NCBI GenBank assembly: GCA_045805545.1
Contig: JBJMLD010000112.1
Location: 210 to 64,209, forward strand
Direction of reading: 5' to 3'
DNA: 64,000 nucleotides
Source of the DNA: Solirubrobacteraceae bacterium
Lineage (GTDB): Bacteria; Actinomycetota; Thermoleophilia; Solirubrobacterales; Solirubrobacteraceae
Positions 45,188-55,134 of the stretch are shown one piece after another. A program made the position numbers and the translations under genes. Each line of letters begins with the position of its first letter. Position 1 is the stretch's first letter. Below the pieces are notes generated by a model, which was given only the letters and a program-made list of their open reading frames with translations, did no database searches and was not told where the DNA came from.

Positions 45188-46678
45188 ATGCGACAAGGCC
45201 CGCTCGCCGGCCGCTATCCCGCAGCAGCCGGAATGGTGATTTTCGCTCTCGTGCCCTACCTGGGGCTGTCGGCCGCGCTACAGCCGCTCACGCCGATGAT
45301 CGGCCAACAGCTGCACATGAGCCCTCAGAACATGAGCCTCGCGCTCGGCATGGCGAACGCCGGATATGCCGTCGGCACGGTCCTCGCCGTGCAGTTCGCC
45401 CAGCTCCTGCCCCAGCGCCGGATGATGGTCCTCTACGCGGCACTGCTCGTGATCGCGTCGGTCGTGACCGCTGGCGCCCAAAATCCCGCGATGTTCGTCG
45501 CCGGTCACGTGCTGCAGGGTCTCTGCACGAGCCTGCTGCTGATCGCGGCGGTTCCGCCGCTCGCCATCGGATTCGGGCTGCCCAAGATCCGCTCCACCGC
45601 GATGATCATGAACGTCTGCATCTTCGGCGCGGTCGCGCTCGGGCCGACGATCGGCGGCATTCAGGCCAGCGCCCACGCCTGGCGGCCGCTGTTCTGGGTC
45701 ATTGCCGCGATCTCGCTGGCCGCGCTGGTCCTCTCGCTGTTGACCTTCGAGGACGCCCCGCCCGCCGACCCGGACGCGCCACGGGACCCGCTGGCGCTAG
45801 GTCTGGCCGCGGCAGGCTGCGTGGCCGCGTTCTACGGCGCGTCTGAGCTACTCACTCATCCCTTCCTCGATGTCCAGACGATCGTGCCGCTGGTCGGCGG
45901 GCTGATCCTGATCCTCGCCCTGATCGTCAACCAGTACCGCTCCCCGCGGCCGCTCTTGACGATCCGCAGCATGCTGACCAGCACGGTGCCGGTGGCCGGC
46001 ATCGTTGTGGCCCTGTCGGCAGCTGCCGCCTCGGTGACCGCGACCGCTCTGACCGCGAGCGTGCTGGCGCCGCATTACACGCCGCTTCACCTCGGGCTCC
46101 TGTTCCTGCCCGAGCTCGCCGGCGCGCTGCTCACCGCGGTGGCGCTCGGCGTGGTCCTCAAGAAGCGCCAGCTGCATTACCTCCCGCTCGTGGGCATGGC
46201 GTTCCTCGCCGCAGGCATCGCGGTGTTCCGCATCCAGGTGCCGCCCAGCCAGACACTCACCCTGATCGGCTCAGGCCTCACCGGTGTCGGGCTCGGCGCG
46301 GCAGTCGCCCCGGCCCTGTTCGTCGCCGGCTTCTCGCTGAACGCGGCAAATCTGCAGCGGGTGTTCGCGATCGTCGAGCTGCTCCGCGCCGTGGCGGCCT
46401 TCATGGTTGCTCCGGTGCTCGCGCACGTCGCCTCGACCGTCGGTGGGAGCGAGACAGCCGGAACCGGAATCGTCCTGTGGATCGGCCTCGGCATCGCCGT
46501 CGCCGGCGCGGTCGCCGCAGTCCTGCTCTACGCACTCGGTGGGGCGCGGCCGCAGGCGCCGAACCTCGAGCGCTTCATGGACGGCGAGGGACCGGCGTGG
46601 TACTCGCCGCCGCTTCTCGCCGCTGTTCGTAACCGCCCACGTCATCACTCTCTCGCAGAGGAGCCGGCAAGATCATGA
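45188..46678 (+). CDS. MFS transporter (~14 TM, drug/metabolite type)
   Basis: Many hydrophobic segments; LGPTIGG and WRPLFW antiporter-type motif. Confidence 0.85.
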   Translation: MRQGPLAGRYPAAAGMVIFALVPYLGLSAALQPLTPMIGQQLHMSPQNMSLALGMANAGYAVGTVLAVQFAQLLPQRRMMVLYAALLVIASVVTAGAQNPAMFVAGHVLQGLCTSLLLIAAVPPLAIGFGLPKIRSTAMIMNVCIFGAVALGPTIGGIQASAHAWRPLFWVIAAISLAALVLSLLTFEDAPPADPDAPRDPLALGLAAAGCVAAFYGASELLTHPFLDVQTIVPLVGGLILILALIVNQYRSPRPLLTIRSMLTSTVPVAGIVVALSAAAASVTATALTASVLAPHYTPLHLGLLFLPELAGALLTAVALGVVLKKRQLHYLPLVGMAFLAAGIAVFRIQVPPSQTLTLIGSGLTGVGLGAAVAPALFVAGFSLNAANLQRVFAIVELLRAVAAFMVAPVLAHVASTVGGSETAGTGIVLWIGLGIAVAGAVAAVLLYALGGARPQAPNLERFMDGEGPAWYSPPLLAAVRNRPRHHSLAEEPARS

Positions 46679-47151
46679 CAACTGAAAATGGCACTCCCGC
46701 GACGGGCCCGGTCCTCTTCGCCTACGACGGCTCGGACCTGGCCAAGCTCGCGATCGACGAGGCAGGACAGCAGCTGGGCTCAGGACGCGAAGCCCTGGTG
46801 CTCACTGTCTGGCACCCATTCGACGTCGGGTTCGTCCCGGCCAGCGGCGTCCGATTCGACGCCGCGCAAATCACCGAGGTCAAGGAAGCCGCTGAGCAAA
46901 CCGCGGAGGAGGGCGTGGCACTCGCCGAGGCGGCGGGGTTCGACGCCCGCGCCGCGACGTCCGAGGCCGCGCCGACGTGGCAGGGCATCGTCGATGCGGC
47001 CAACGAGCAAGACGCGAGCCTCATCGTGCTCGGCTCGCACGGCCGGACCGGCCTCAGCAGCGTCCTGATCGGAAGCGTCGCCGAGGCCGTTGCCGCGCAC
47101 TCGCGACGCTCGGTGCTGATCACCCACCGCAGGAACGGCCGTCACGACTAG
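46675..47151 (+). CDS. universal stress protein
   Basis: FAYDGS, LIVLGSHGRTG..LIGSVAEAV. Confidence 0.93.
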   Translation: MTTENGTPATGPVLFAYDGSDLAKLAIDEAGQQLGSGREALVLTVWHPFDVGFVPASGVRFDAAQITEVKEAAEQTAEEGVALAEAAGFDARAATSEAAPTWQGIVDAANEQDASLIVLGSHGRTGLSSVLIGSVAEAVAAHSRRSVLITHRRNGRHD

Positions 47152-48119
47152 CCACTGGGCGGCGCGGCGAGCGTGATCGAGCGATAACAGGTCGCTTTGT
47201 CAGCGCCGAGCCCGGCGCACGCCGAAGCGGCCGGACGAGCGTCGCCCGACTGCGCGATCAACAGCCGCTCGGAGACAAATCTCATGCAGCCGAGCCGCTC
47301 GGTCCGCGGCGCCGCGGCGCAACGCTCGTAGGTCGTGCGTGGCCGTTCCCAGCCGGCGACGTACTGCCGGTAAGAACCCTCCGCGTACGTACAGATCTGC
47401 TGAAACTCGGCGGGCAGAGAACTGCAGGGAAGTTGGCGTCTGCCGGCCGGCGCGTGCGAGTGGCGCCCTTTCACCGCGTCGCCTTTGGAGTACTCCATGA
47501 GCACGCCGGACCAGCAGGCGCTCATCTCGTCGGCGTCTCTGAGCGGGGCGCACAGCGCGAGCGTCGCGCTCAGTGACAGACGTGTTCGCGCCCACAGCTC
47601 GTGCCCTACTGCATGAAGGCAATTCTCGTAGTAGCCGCTGTCGTCCTTGACCGGCCGGCAGAAGCTGAGGAAGCTCGCGACAGGCACCCGCCGCTGCCCG
47701 TAGTCGAGCCGCTCCATCACGAACCCGTGCATGCAGGCCGCCTTGAACGCGTGGCCACAATCGGCGAGAGCCTGACCAAGCCCCAGTGGTAAAGCGGCGA
47801 GCTCCATGCCGGCGTAGTGCGCTGTTTCTGAGAGCGGCCTGAGATCGATGGCGCGGCCGCCGTCACGGGCGTGGGCGAAGACGTAGCTGAGCAGCGCCCC
47901 GACGGCGCGTGGATGCTGGTAGGCGTCCTGGAGCACCGCGCCGCTCAGGCATTTCACGTAAGGCTGGGCTCGGCCTTGCCTGCAATCGCGCACCAGCGCT
48001 GCGTAACGAGCATCCGAGCCGCTGCCCAGCACGAAGATCGCGCAGCAAGCGGTGAGCGCAATGCCACCGCTCACCCAGACCCAGATTCTGGCTGTACGCT
48101 GCCCGCGCGAAATCGTCAT
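47148..48119 (-). CDS. membrane-anchored Cys/His-rich hypothetical protein
   Basis: N-terminal TM; motifs ACMHGFVME, NCLHAVGHEL, ACWSGVLME and many spaced Cys. The longer 5' extension in the ORF track overlaps other genes; start uncertain. Confidence 0.6.
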   Translation of the reverse strand: MTISRGQRTARIWVWVSGGIALTACCAIFVLGSGSDARYAALVRDCRQGRAQPYVKCLSGAVLQDAYQHPRAVGALLSYVFAHARDGGRAIDLRPLSETAHYAGMELAALPLGLGQALADCGHAFKAACMHGFVMERLDYGQRRVPVASFLSFCRPVKDDSGYYENCLHAVGHELWARTRLSLSATLALCAPLRDADEMSACWSGVLMEYSKGDAVKGRHSHAPAGRRQLPCSSLPAEFQQICTYAEGSYRQYVAGWERPRTTYERCAAAPRTERLGCMRFVSERLLIAQSGDARPAASACAGLGADKATCYRSITLAAPPSG

Positions 48120-48297
48120 GTCCGCCCTGCTGCTGCTAGCCGACGTGTTGCCTCGGAAGAACCCGTCCTCCGGGTCCTCAGACTGGTTGCTCGTGGTGAT
48201 CCCGGTCGTGGTGGTCGCGATTGGCGTGGGCTTGCTGTTGCTGTTGCGCTCCAGACGGCGCGCGCGGAGGGCGGTCGAGGACCAGGACAAGTCATGA
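48118..48297 (+). CDS. small membrane protein
   Basis: Single TM (WLLVVIPVVVVAIGVGLLLLL) then a basic tail; stop overlaps the next ATG (ATGA). Confidence 0.55.
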   Translation: MSALLLLADVLPRKNPSSGSSDWLLVVIPVVVVAIGVGLLLLLRSRRRARRAVEDQDKS

Positions 48298-48635
48298 GCT
48301 ACGGTGCCGCGCTGGCACTGACCGTGGCGATTGAGTCTCCGATGTACGCGCTCGCGCTGTGGCGCTTCACTGACTGCCGCCCGGCTGACGGCGCACTGCG
48401 CGGGCTGGCGGTCAATCTCGTCAGCCATCCGCTGGCGATTGCTCTCACGTTGCCTGCGCTCGGAGTGCTTGTCGGGTACTGGTCGGCGGTGGTTGCGGTC
48501 GAGGTGGGCGTGTGCGTGCTCGAGGCTGCGCTGTTGCGGATATCGCTGCCAGAGATCGGCTTTGATCGCCTTGCCCAGATCTCGCTGGCGTGCAACGTCG
48601 CGTCGCTCAGTGCAGGCCTCGCGTTGCTGGCATAA
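48294..48635 (+). CDS. small integral membrane protein
   Basis: MSYGAALALTVAIESP..NLVSHPL..E..E..NVAS pattern; ~4 TMs. Confidence 0.7.
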   Translation: MSYGAALALTVAIESPMYALALWRFTDCRPADGALRGLAVNLVSHPLAIALTLPALGVLVGYWSAVVAVEVGVCVLEAALLRISLPEIGFDRLAQISLACNVASLSAGLALLA

Positions 48636-48665
48636 GCTATCCCGTCCAGCGCCTAGGAGGTAGGA

Positions 48666-51600
48666 ATGAAGCGTCTTGGTCTGAGCGTCGTCCTCGCTCT
48701 CGTCGCGTCCATTGCCGGCATGCCCGTCGCGGCCCAGGCTGACGCCACTGCGCCCGGGGCTCCGGGTGCGCAGAGCTACTTCGATCTGGCGCGCAAGGAC
48801 TGCGTCGGAACCGCCCGCAACACGACCTCCAAGGTCTGGTTCACGGTGGCCGGCGGCGTGCTCTCGGACGTCTACTGGCCGACGGTCGACGCCACGAACG
48901 TCCACACGCTTCAGTACGTCGTGAGCGACGGGCATTCGTTCACCGACCTGCAGACGCGCGACATGACCTACACGAGCGCGCCGGATCCGAGCGGAATGGC
49001 TTGCACGGTGCTCGCGCGCAGCGCAGCCCACGGCTACCGCATCACCACGACCTACATCGCCGATCCCAGGCGCGACGCGGTGCTCATGCACGTCCGCTTC
49101 GATGGACCTCGGTCAGACAAGCTGTACGTCCGTCTCGACCCGCTGGCCGGCGGCACGGGCGGCGGCGGCGCAGACAACGCGGGCGGCAACACCGCGCAGC
49201 TCGTGAGCACGAATCGCACGGACGGGCCGGTGCCGGTCGCGTCGAACACGAACACGGTCACCAACGCGTCGAACCGCGACTACGCCGTCCCGACGTTCGA
49301 GGCGCTGCGGTCATCCAGCGGGTTCGATGCGGCGAGCGTCGGCTACGCCGGGACGCCGAGCGACGGCCAGCAGATGCTCGACTCCGACCGCACCCTCAGC
49401 ACCACGTACACGAGCGCGCCCAACGGGCACGTCGCGCTCACGGCGCAGCTGCGCCTGCCGCGCAACAAGAAGGCCGACCTGGCGCTCGGCTTCGGCACCG
49501 ACCAGACGCAGGCGATCCACACCGCGGGCGCCGGCGTGCGGCACTCGTTCGGCCGCGCCTTCGCTCGCTACGAGCGGCAGTGGTGGCGCTACGACCGCGC
49601 CCTGCGCCGTCCGACCGGCGCGGTCGGCCGGGACGCACAAGCCCAGTACTACCGCTCGGTCAACGTCGTCAAGGCGAGCGAGGACAAGACGTTCCCGGGC
49701 GCGATCGCGGCCGGACTGGCCTCGCCGTGGGGGCAGTCGGTTCCGGCCGGCAACGCCACCGGCGGCAAGCCGACCTATTTCGGCTCCTATCGCGAGGTCT
49801 TTGCTCGCGACCTCTACGAGGCGTTCGCCGGGCTGCTCGTGGCCGGCGATCTGAATACCGCCCGCGCGGCCACCCGATTCCTGTTCGAGCGCCAACAACA
49901 GCCCGACGGCTCGATGCCGCGCAACTCGCTGACGAACGGCAAGCCGGCGCCGGACACGGGCGGGCTCCAGCTCGACGAGACGTCGTATCCGATCCTGATG
50001 GCGTGGCAGTCCGGCCTGGCTCATGACGCCGGCCTCTACCAGAACCACATCGTGCCGGCCGCCGACTTCCTGGTCGCGCACGGGCCGTCGGATGGGGTTG
50101 AGCGCTGGGAGGAGCAGAGTGGCTACTCGCCCTCGACGATCGCGGCCGAGATCGCCGGACTGACGGCAGCGGCGCAGATCGCCAGGACGAATCATGACGC
50201 GACACGCGCCGGCGTCTACCAGGCCGCCGCCGACGACTTCGCCCGGACCATCAAGCAGTGGACCGTGACGACGAGTGGCCCGTATGCGCCGAGCTACTTC
50301 CTCCGCCTATCGAAGACCGGGGACCCGAACGCCGCCATCAGCTACGCCCTTGGCAACGGCAGCATCACCGCCGACCAGCGGTCGATCGTCGACGCCGGCT
50401 TCCTGGAGCTGGTTCGCCTCGGGATTCTGCCCGCCTCTGATTCGACGGTCCGCGGTTCGCTCCCCGTGATCGACCAGATCATCAGGCGCGCCACCCCGAC
50501 AGGCGATGGTTTCTACCGCTACGGCACGAGCGATGCGGGCTCGGAGGACGGCTACGGCGACTGCTATGAGCCCGATCCGACGAATTGCTCGCCCACCGGT
50601 GCGCCGTGGCCGCCGACGGGCCGGGGCTCGGGTCACTTGTGGCCGGTGCTGGCCGGCGAGCGCGGCGAGTACCAGGTCGCGTCAGGCAGCTCGTCGAGCG
50701 CAAATGCGCTGCTGCGGGCGATGTCCGCCATGACCTCGGGCGGTTACCTCGAGCCCGAACAGGCCTGGGAGGATCCGGCACTGCCGGCCTCGCCATTCGG
50801 CTCCGATCCGGCCACGGCCTCGATCGGCTTCAGCCCCGGTCATCCGGCCGGCTCGGCGAGTCCGTTGACCTGGGCGCAGTCCCAGTTCGCGCGGCTGGCG
50901 CTCGCCGTCGGCGCCCGGCGCAACCTCGAGACCCCCGGGATCGTGAGCGATCGCTACGTGGCCCACGGCATGCCCGGGGCGCTGCCGCTGACGATCAGCT
51001 CGCCGGCCGACGGGTCGAGCGTCAGCGGCTCGACGGTCACGGTCACCGGCACGACGACAGCCGGCGCCCGCGTCGACGCCGAGGCCACGCCGGCCACGGG
51101 TGGCGCCGCGGGCACGGGAACCACGATGGCGGACGGCGGCGGCCACTGGTCGCTCCAGCTGCCGACGAGCTTCGGCACAACGAAGATCACTGTCGCGTCG
51201 ACGCTCGGAAACAGCACCGGCTATGCGCAGGTCTCGGTGATCAACGTGACGCTGCCCGGGCAGCCGCCGGTTCTGAACCTGACCGACCCGAGCGGAGATG
51301 ACAACGGACCCGGCACGTACGCGTATCCGACGAGCGGCGACTTCCAGCCAGGCGCGTTCGATCTGCTCGGCTTCCAGGTCACGCAGACGGCCACCGACGT
51401 TTACATCCAGGCCAAGATCCGCAACCTGGCGCCGACGTTCGGCAACTCCTTCGGCGCCCAGCTGCTCGACATCTATGTCCGTAACCCGGCCGCCGGGACG
51501 ACGTCTACAGCCGCCCCATTCCCGCAGCACAACTACGCGATCGCGCCGGCCGACGCGTGGAGCGAGCGGATCGAGGTGCAGGCCTTCGCCGCCCCGGTCT

Positions 51601-51962
51601 GGGTCGACGCCGCCGGCAACTCACTCGGGTCGCTGCAGACGGTGTTCGACCGCACCAGCGGGACCGCCACCCTGATCCTGCCCAAGTCGAGCTTCGGTAG
51701 CCCAGGCAGCGGATGGACGTTCACCGTCGCGCTCACCGGACAGGACGGCTTCAGCCCCGATCAGGCCCGGGGCTTTGCACCCACACCGCAGCCGTTCCAG
51801 TTCGGTGTCTGTGTGCCGGGCGGGACGAGCCCGATCTGCGCCGTCGATCCCGCCACGGTGCCGAAGGTGCTGGACACGATCACACCCTCCGGCGTCTCCC
51901 AGGACACAGAGCTCGACCCGACTCGCGGTCCCGTGACGCTGAGCGGGGTGCGCGTGCCGTGA
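48666..51962 (+). CDS. glucodextranase / glucoamylase (GH15) with C-terminal DOMON-like domain
   Basis: SKVWFTVAGGVLSDVY, VFARDLYE, QLDETSYP, ERWEEQSGYSPSTIAAEIAGL, PEQAW, SASPLTWA, DPSGDDNGPG; AGGAGG SD. Confidence 0.93.
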   Translation: MKRLGLSVVLALVASIAGMPVAAQADATAPGAPGAQSYFDLARKDCVGTARNTTSKVWFTVAGGVLSDVYWPTVDATNVHTLQYVVSDGHSFTDLQTRDMTYTSAPDPSGMACTVLARSAAHGYRITTTYIADPRRDAVLMHVRFDGPRSDKLYVRLDPLAGGTGGGGADNAGGNTAQLVSTNRTDGPVPVASNTNTVTNASNRDYAVPTFEALRSSSGFDAASVGYAGTPSDGQQMLDSDRTLSTTYTSAPNGHVALTAQLRLPRNKKADLALGFGTDQTQAIHTAGAGVRHSFGRAFARYERQWWRYDRALRRPTGAVGRDAQAQYYRSVNVVKASEDKTFPGAIAAGLASPWGQSVPAGNATGGKPTYFGSYREVFARDLYEAFAGLLVAGDLNTARAATRFLFERQQQPDGSMPRNSLTNGKPAPDTGGLQLDETSYPILMAWQSGLAHDAGLYQNHIVPAADFLVAHGPSDGVERWEEQSGYSPSTIAAEIAGLTAAAQIARTNHDATRAGVYQAAADDFARTIKQWTVTTSGPYAPSYFLRLSKTGDPNAAISYALGNGSITADQRSIVDAGFLELVRLGILPASDSTVRGSLPVIDQIIRRATPTGDGFYRYGTSDAGSEDGYGDCYEPDPTNCSPTGAPWPPTGRGSGHLWPVLAGERGEYQVASGSSSSANALLRAMSAMTSGGYLEPEQAWEDPALPASPFGSDPATASIGFSPGHPAGSASPLTWAQSQFARLALAVGARRNLETPGIVSDRYVAHGMPGALPLTISSPADGSSVSGSTVTVTGTTTAGARVDAEATPATGGAAGTGTTMADGGGHWSLQLPTSFGTTKITVASTLGNSTGYAQVSVINVTLPGQPPVLNLTDPSGDDNGPGTYAYPTSGDFQPGAFDLLGFQVTQTATDVYIQAKIRNLAPTFGNSFGAQLLDIYVRNPAAGTTSTAAPFPQHNYAIAPADAWSERIEVQAFAAPVWVDAAGNSLGSLQTVFDRTSGTATLILPKSSFGSPGSGWTFTVALTGQDGFSPDQARGFAPTPQPFQFGVCVPGGTSPICAVDPATVPKVLDTITPSGVSQDTELDPTRGPVTLSGVRVP

Positions 51963-51995
51963 TGGTCTGAGCGGACCTAGAGCAGACTTGCCGGC

Positions 51996-53531
51996 GTGAC
52001 GCGGTTCAGCGAAGTGGTGCGCGCCGGAGGCGAGATCGCGGCGACGTCCGCGCGCTCGCGGAAGGTCGCGGTGCTGGCGGCGCTGCTCCGCGAGCTCGAG
52101 CCCGACGAGGTTCCGATTGCCGTCGGGCTGCTCTCGGGTGTGCCGCGGCAGGGGCGGGTCGGGATCGGGTACGCCACCGTCTATGGCGTCACCGCGGCCC
52201 CGGCGCCTGAGCCGAGGCTCACGCTTAAAGACCTCGACACGACGATCGACGAGATCGAGGCGGCGGTGGGGAGCGGGTCGCAGACACGACGCAAGGAGCT
52301 GCTGAGCCGTCTGTTCGCCAGCGCGACAGCGGACGAGGCCGACTTCCTAAAACGGCTGCTGACCGGCGGGCTCCGCCAAGGGGCGCTGGCCGGTGTGATG
52401 GCGGACGCCGTGGCCAAGGCCGCGGACGTCAGAGCCGAAACGGCGCGACGGGCGCTGATGCTGTCGGGCGATCTGACGAAGACAGCGGAGATCGCGATGA
52501 CTGAAGGCGAGGAGGGATTGCAGCGAGTGGGGCTCGAGATCTTCCGTCCGATCCTCCCGATGCTCGCCTCGACGTCGGCCACGGTCGCCGAGGCGATGGC
52601 CAAGTTCGAGCGCGCGTCGGTCGAGTGGAAACTCGACGGCATCCGCATCCAGATCCACAAGCGGGCCGACGAGGTGCGGATCTACACGCGCAACCTCAAC
52701 GACATCACGGCCAGCCTCCCGGGCATCGCGGACGTCGCGCGTCGGCTGCCGGCCGCCCAAGCGGTGCTCGACGGCGAGGCGCTGTGGATGGGACCGGAGG
52801 GCCCGGCGGCATTTCAGGAGACCGTCTCGCTGATCGACAGCGACGCCCCGCCGGAGGGCGTGGTCACGTTCCTCTTCGACCTGCTGCACCTGGACGGCGA
52901 GGACCTGCTCGACCTGCCGCTCGAGGAGCGAGCGGCCCGGCTGAAAGCGCTAGCCCCAGAACTCGCGATCCCGCGGACAATCACGGCCGATCCGGGTGAG
53001 GGAGCCCGAGCCGAGGAGGAGGCGCTGAGCGCCGGTCACGAGGGCGTCGTGGTCAAGGACGCCGCTTCGGCCTACGTGGCCGGCCGCCGCGGCCAGGCCT
53101 GGCGGAAGGTCAAGCCGGTGCGGACGTTCGACCTCGTCGTGCTCGGGGCCGAGTGGGGGCACGGCCGGCGGCGCGGCTGGCTCTCCAACCTCCACCTCGG
53201 CGCGCGCGATCCCGCCACCGGGGACTTCGTCATGGTCGGCAAATGCTTCAAGGGCCTGACCGATGAGCTGCTCGCGTGGCAGACCCACGAGCTGCAGGCG
53301 CGTGAGTCGAGCCGGAAGGGGATTGCTGTGCTCGTCCGCCCCGAGCTGGTCGTCGAGATCGCGCTCGACGGCGTTCAGTCCTCAACCCGCTATCCGGGCG
53401 GCGTGGCCCTGCGCTTCGCGCGCGTGAAGCGGTACCGCCCGGACAAGGACGCGGCCGAGGCCGACACGATCGACGAGCTGCGGGAGCTGCTGCGCGGGAC
53501 GCGCGGCGGCCTCGACGCCGGCACGCCGTAG
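51996..53531 (+). CDS. ligB: ATP-dependent DNA ligase (LigB-like)
   Basis: PMLA, EWKLDGIR (KxDG), VLDGE, EGVVVK, WRKVK, ALRFARV. Confidence 0.9.
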   Translation: MTRFSEVVRAGGEIAATSARSRKVAVLAALLRELEPDEVPIAVGLLSGVPRQGRVGIGYATVYGVTAAPAPEPRLTLKDLDTTIDEIEAAVGSGSQTRRKELLSRLFASATADEADFLKRLLTGGLRQGALAGVMADAVAKAADVRAETARRALMLSGDLTKTAEIAMTEGEEGLQRVGLEIFRPILPMLASTSATVAEAMAKFERASVEWKLDGIRIQIHKRADEVRIYTRNLNDITASLPGIADVARRLPAAQAVLDGEALWMGPEGPAAFQETVSLIDSDAPPEGVVTFLFDLLHLDGEDLLDLPLEERAARLKALAPELAIPRTITADPGEGARAEEEALSAGHEGVVVKDAASAYVAGRRGQAWRKVKPVRTFDLVVLGAEWGHGRRRGWLSNLHLGARDPATGDFVMVGKCFKGLTDELLAWQTHELQARESSRKGIAVLVRPELVVEIALDGVQSSTRYPGGVALRFARVKRYRPDKDAAEADTIDELRELLRGTRGGLDAGTP

Positions 53532-53613
53532 CCCGGTTCGCCCAATTCGACAACGTCGCGTTTGCGCCTTCGCGCAGGCCGGGTAGTCGGGCGAAAGAGG
53601 AGAGGAGAAGCCC

Positions 53614-55134
53614 GTGGCACGGGAGAACAGCTCGAACGGCAACGCGCCTGCATTGGTGGAAATGCGCGGCGTGAGCAAGCGCTTTCCGGGAGTGCAGGCA
53701 CTCGACTCGGTCAGCCTGGACATCCGCCCGGGTGAGGTCCACGCGATCGCCGGCGAGAACGGCGCCGGCAAGTCGACGCTGATGAAGATCCTCTCGATGC
53801 TCGAGCGCCCGAGCGAGGGCGAGGTCTGCTTCGACGGCGAGGCGGTCAAGAGCCGGAATCCGCGCTACGCCCAGCGGCTGGGGATCGCGATGGTCCACCA
53901 GGAGTTCGCGCTGGCGCCGCACCTGACCGTGGCCGAGAACCTGGCCCTGGGCCGCGAGAACACCCACGCCGGGCTGATCGTCCGCGGGTCAGAGAAGGAA
54001 CGCGCGCGCGAGCTGCTGGAGCGAGTCAAGCTGGACGTCAATCCCGGCCGCAAAGTGGCAAGCCTGTCCGTGGCCGACCAGCAGCGTGTCGAGATCGCCA
54101 AGGCGCTGGCCATCGACGCCAAGGTCGTGATCATGGACGAGCCGACGGCGACCCTGACCGAGCCCGAGATCGAAGAGCTGTTCGAGCTGATCGAGGAGCT
54201 GAAGAACGACGGGATCGCGATCTTCTACATCTCGCACCGCTTGGAGGAGGTGGTGCGGATCGCCGACCGGGTCACCGTCATGCGCGACGGGGAGGTGGTG
54301 GAGACCGTCGACAAGGGCAAGTTCGACGAGTCAGAGCTGGTGCGGCTGATGGTCGGGCGGGAGATCGACAACCTGTATCCGAAGCCCGAGGTCGAGGTCG
54401 GCGACGTCCTGCTCGACGTCGAGGGGATCACCCGGCCAGGCGTGCTCAGCGACTGCTCGTTCCAGGTTCGCGCCGGCGAGATAGTCGGGTTCGCGGGCCT
54501 GATCGGTGCCGGGCGCACCGAGCTGGCCCGGGCCGTGTTCGCGGCCGATTCGATCAGCGCGGGCACGATCACGCTCGACGGAAAGGAGCTGAAGCTCCGC
54601 TCGCCGAGCGATGCGATCGAGGCCGGGATCGGCTACCTGACCGAGGATCGCAAGGGCGACGGATTGGCCATGCAGCTGCCGGTCGAGCAGAACATCACGC
54701 TGGCCCACATCCCCGGTCCGGGGATCTGGATCGACCGCCGCGCCGAGCATCGTGCCGCCGCCAAGCGCCGCGACGAGCTGAACATCCGCACGCCGTCGCT
54801 GTCCAAGCCTGTGGAGGCGCTGTCGGGCGGGACGCAGCAGAAGGTTGTCGTGGCGCGCTGGCTCGAGACCAAGGCCAGGGTCATGTTCTTCGACGAGCCG
54901 AGCCGCGGCATCGACGTCGGGGCGAAGGCCGAGATGTTCAAGCTGATCGGCAAGCTGGCCGACGAAGGCCGCGCGATCGTCCTGATCAGCTCCTACCTGC
55001 CGGAGCTGATCAACATGTGCGACCGCATCGTGGTCCTGCGCGACGGCCGCACCGTCGGTGAATTGAGTCGCAACGAGTTCGACGAGGAGCGGATCATGGC
55101 GCTCGCGTCGGGCGTGGAAAGGGAGGCCGCATGA
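53614..55134 (+). CDS. sugar ABC transporter ATP-binding protein (RbsA-like, two ABC domains)
   Basis: GENGAGKST, MDEPT, YISHRLEE, TEDRK, LSGG.QQK, DEPSRGIDVGAK. Confidence 0.95.
   Translation: MARENSSNGNAPALVEMRGVSKRFPGVQALDSVSLDIRPGEVHAIAGENGAGKSTLMKILSMLERPSEGEVCFDGEAVKSRNPRYAQRLGIAMVHQEFALAPHLTVAENLALGRENTHAGLIVRGSEKERARELLERVKLDVNPGRKVASLSVADQQRVEIAKALAIDAKVVIMDEPTATLTEPEIEELFELIEELKNDGIAIFYISHRLEEVVRIADRVTVMRDGEVVETVDKGKFDESELVRLMVGREIDNLYPKPEVEVGDVLLDVEGITRPGVLSDCSFQVRAGEIVGFAGLIGAGRTELARAVFAADSISAGTITLDGKELKLRSPSDAIEAGIGYLTEDRKGDGLAMQLPVEQNITLAHIPGPGIWIDRRAEHRAAAKRRDELNIRTPSLSKPVEALSGGTQQKVVVARWLETKARVMFFDEPSRGIDVGAKAEMFKLIGKLADEGRAIVLISSYLPELINMCDRIVVLRDGRTVGELSRNEFDEERIMALASGVEREAA

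Noticed and set aside
48120-49091. N-terminal half of the 647-aa - strand ORF
   Set aside because: Overlaps three plausible + strand genes and is Arg-rich shadow sequence; only the part 3' of ~48119 looks protein-like.
51996-53531. DNA ligase as a marker of a prophage or mobile element
   Set aside because: Typical chromosomal actinobacterial LigB with no integrase, transposase or phage genes nearby.
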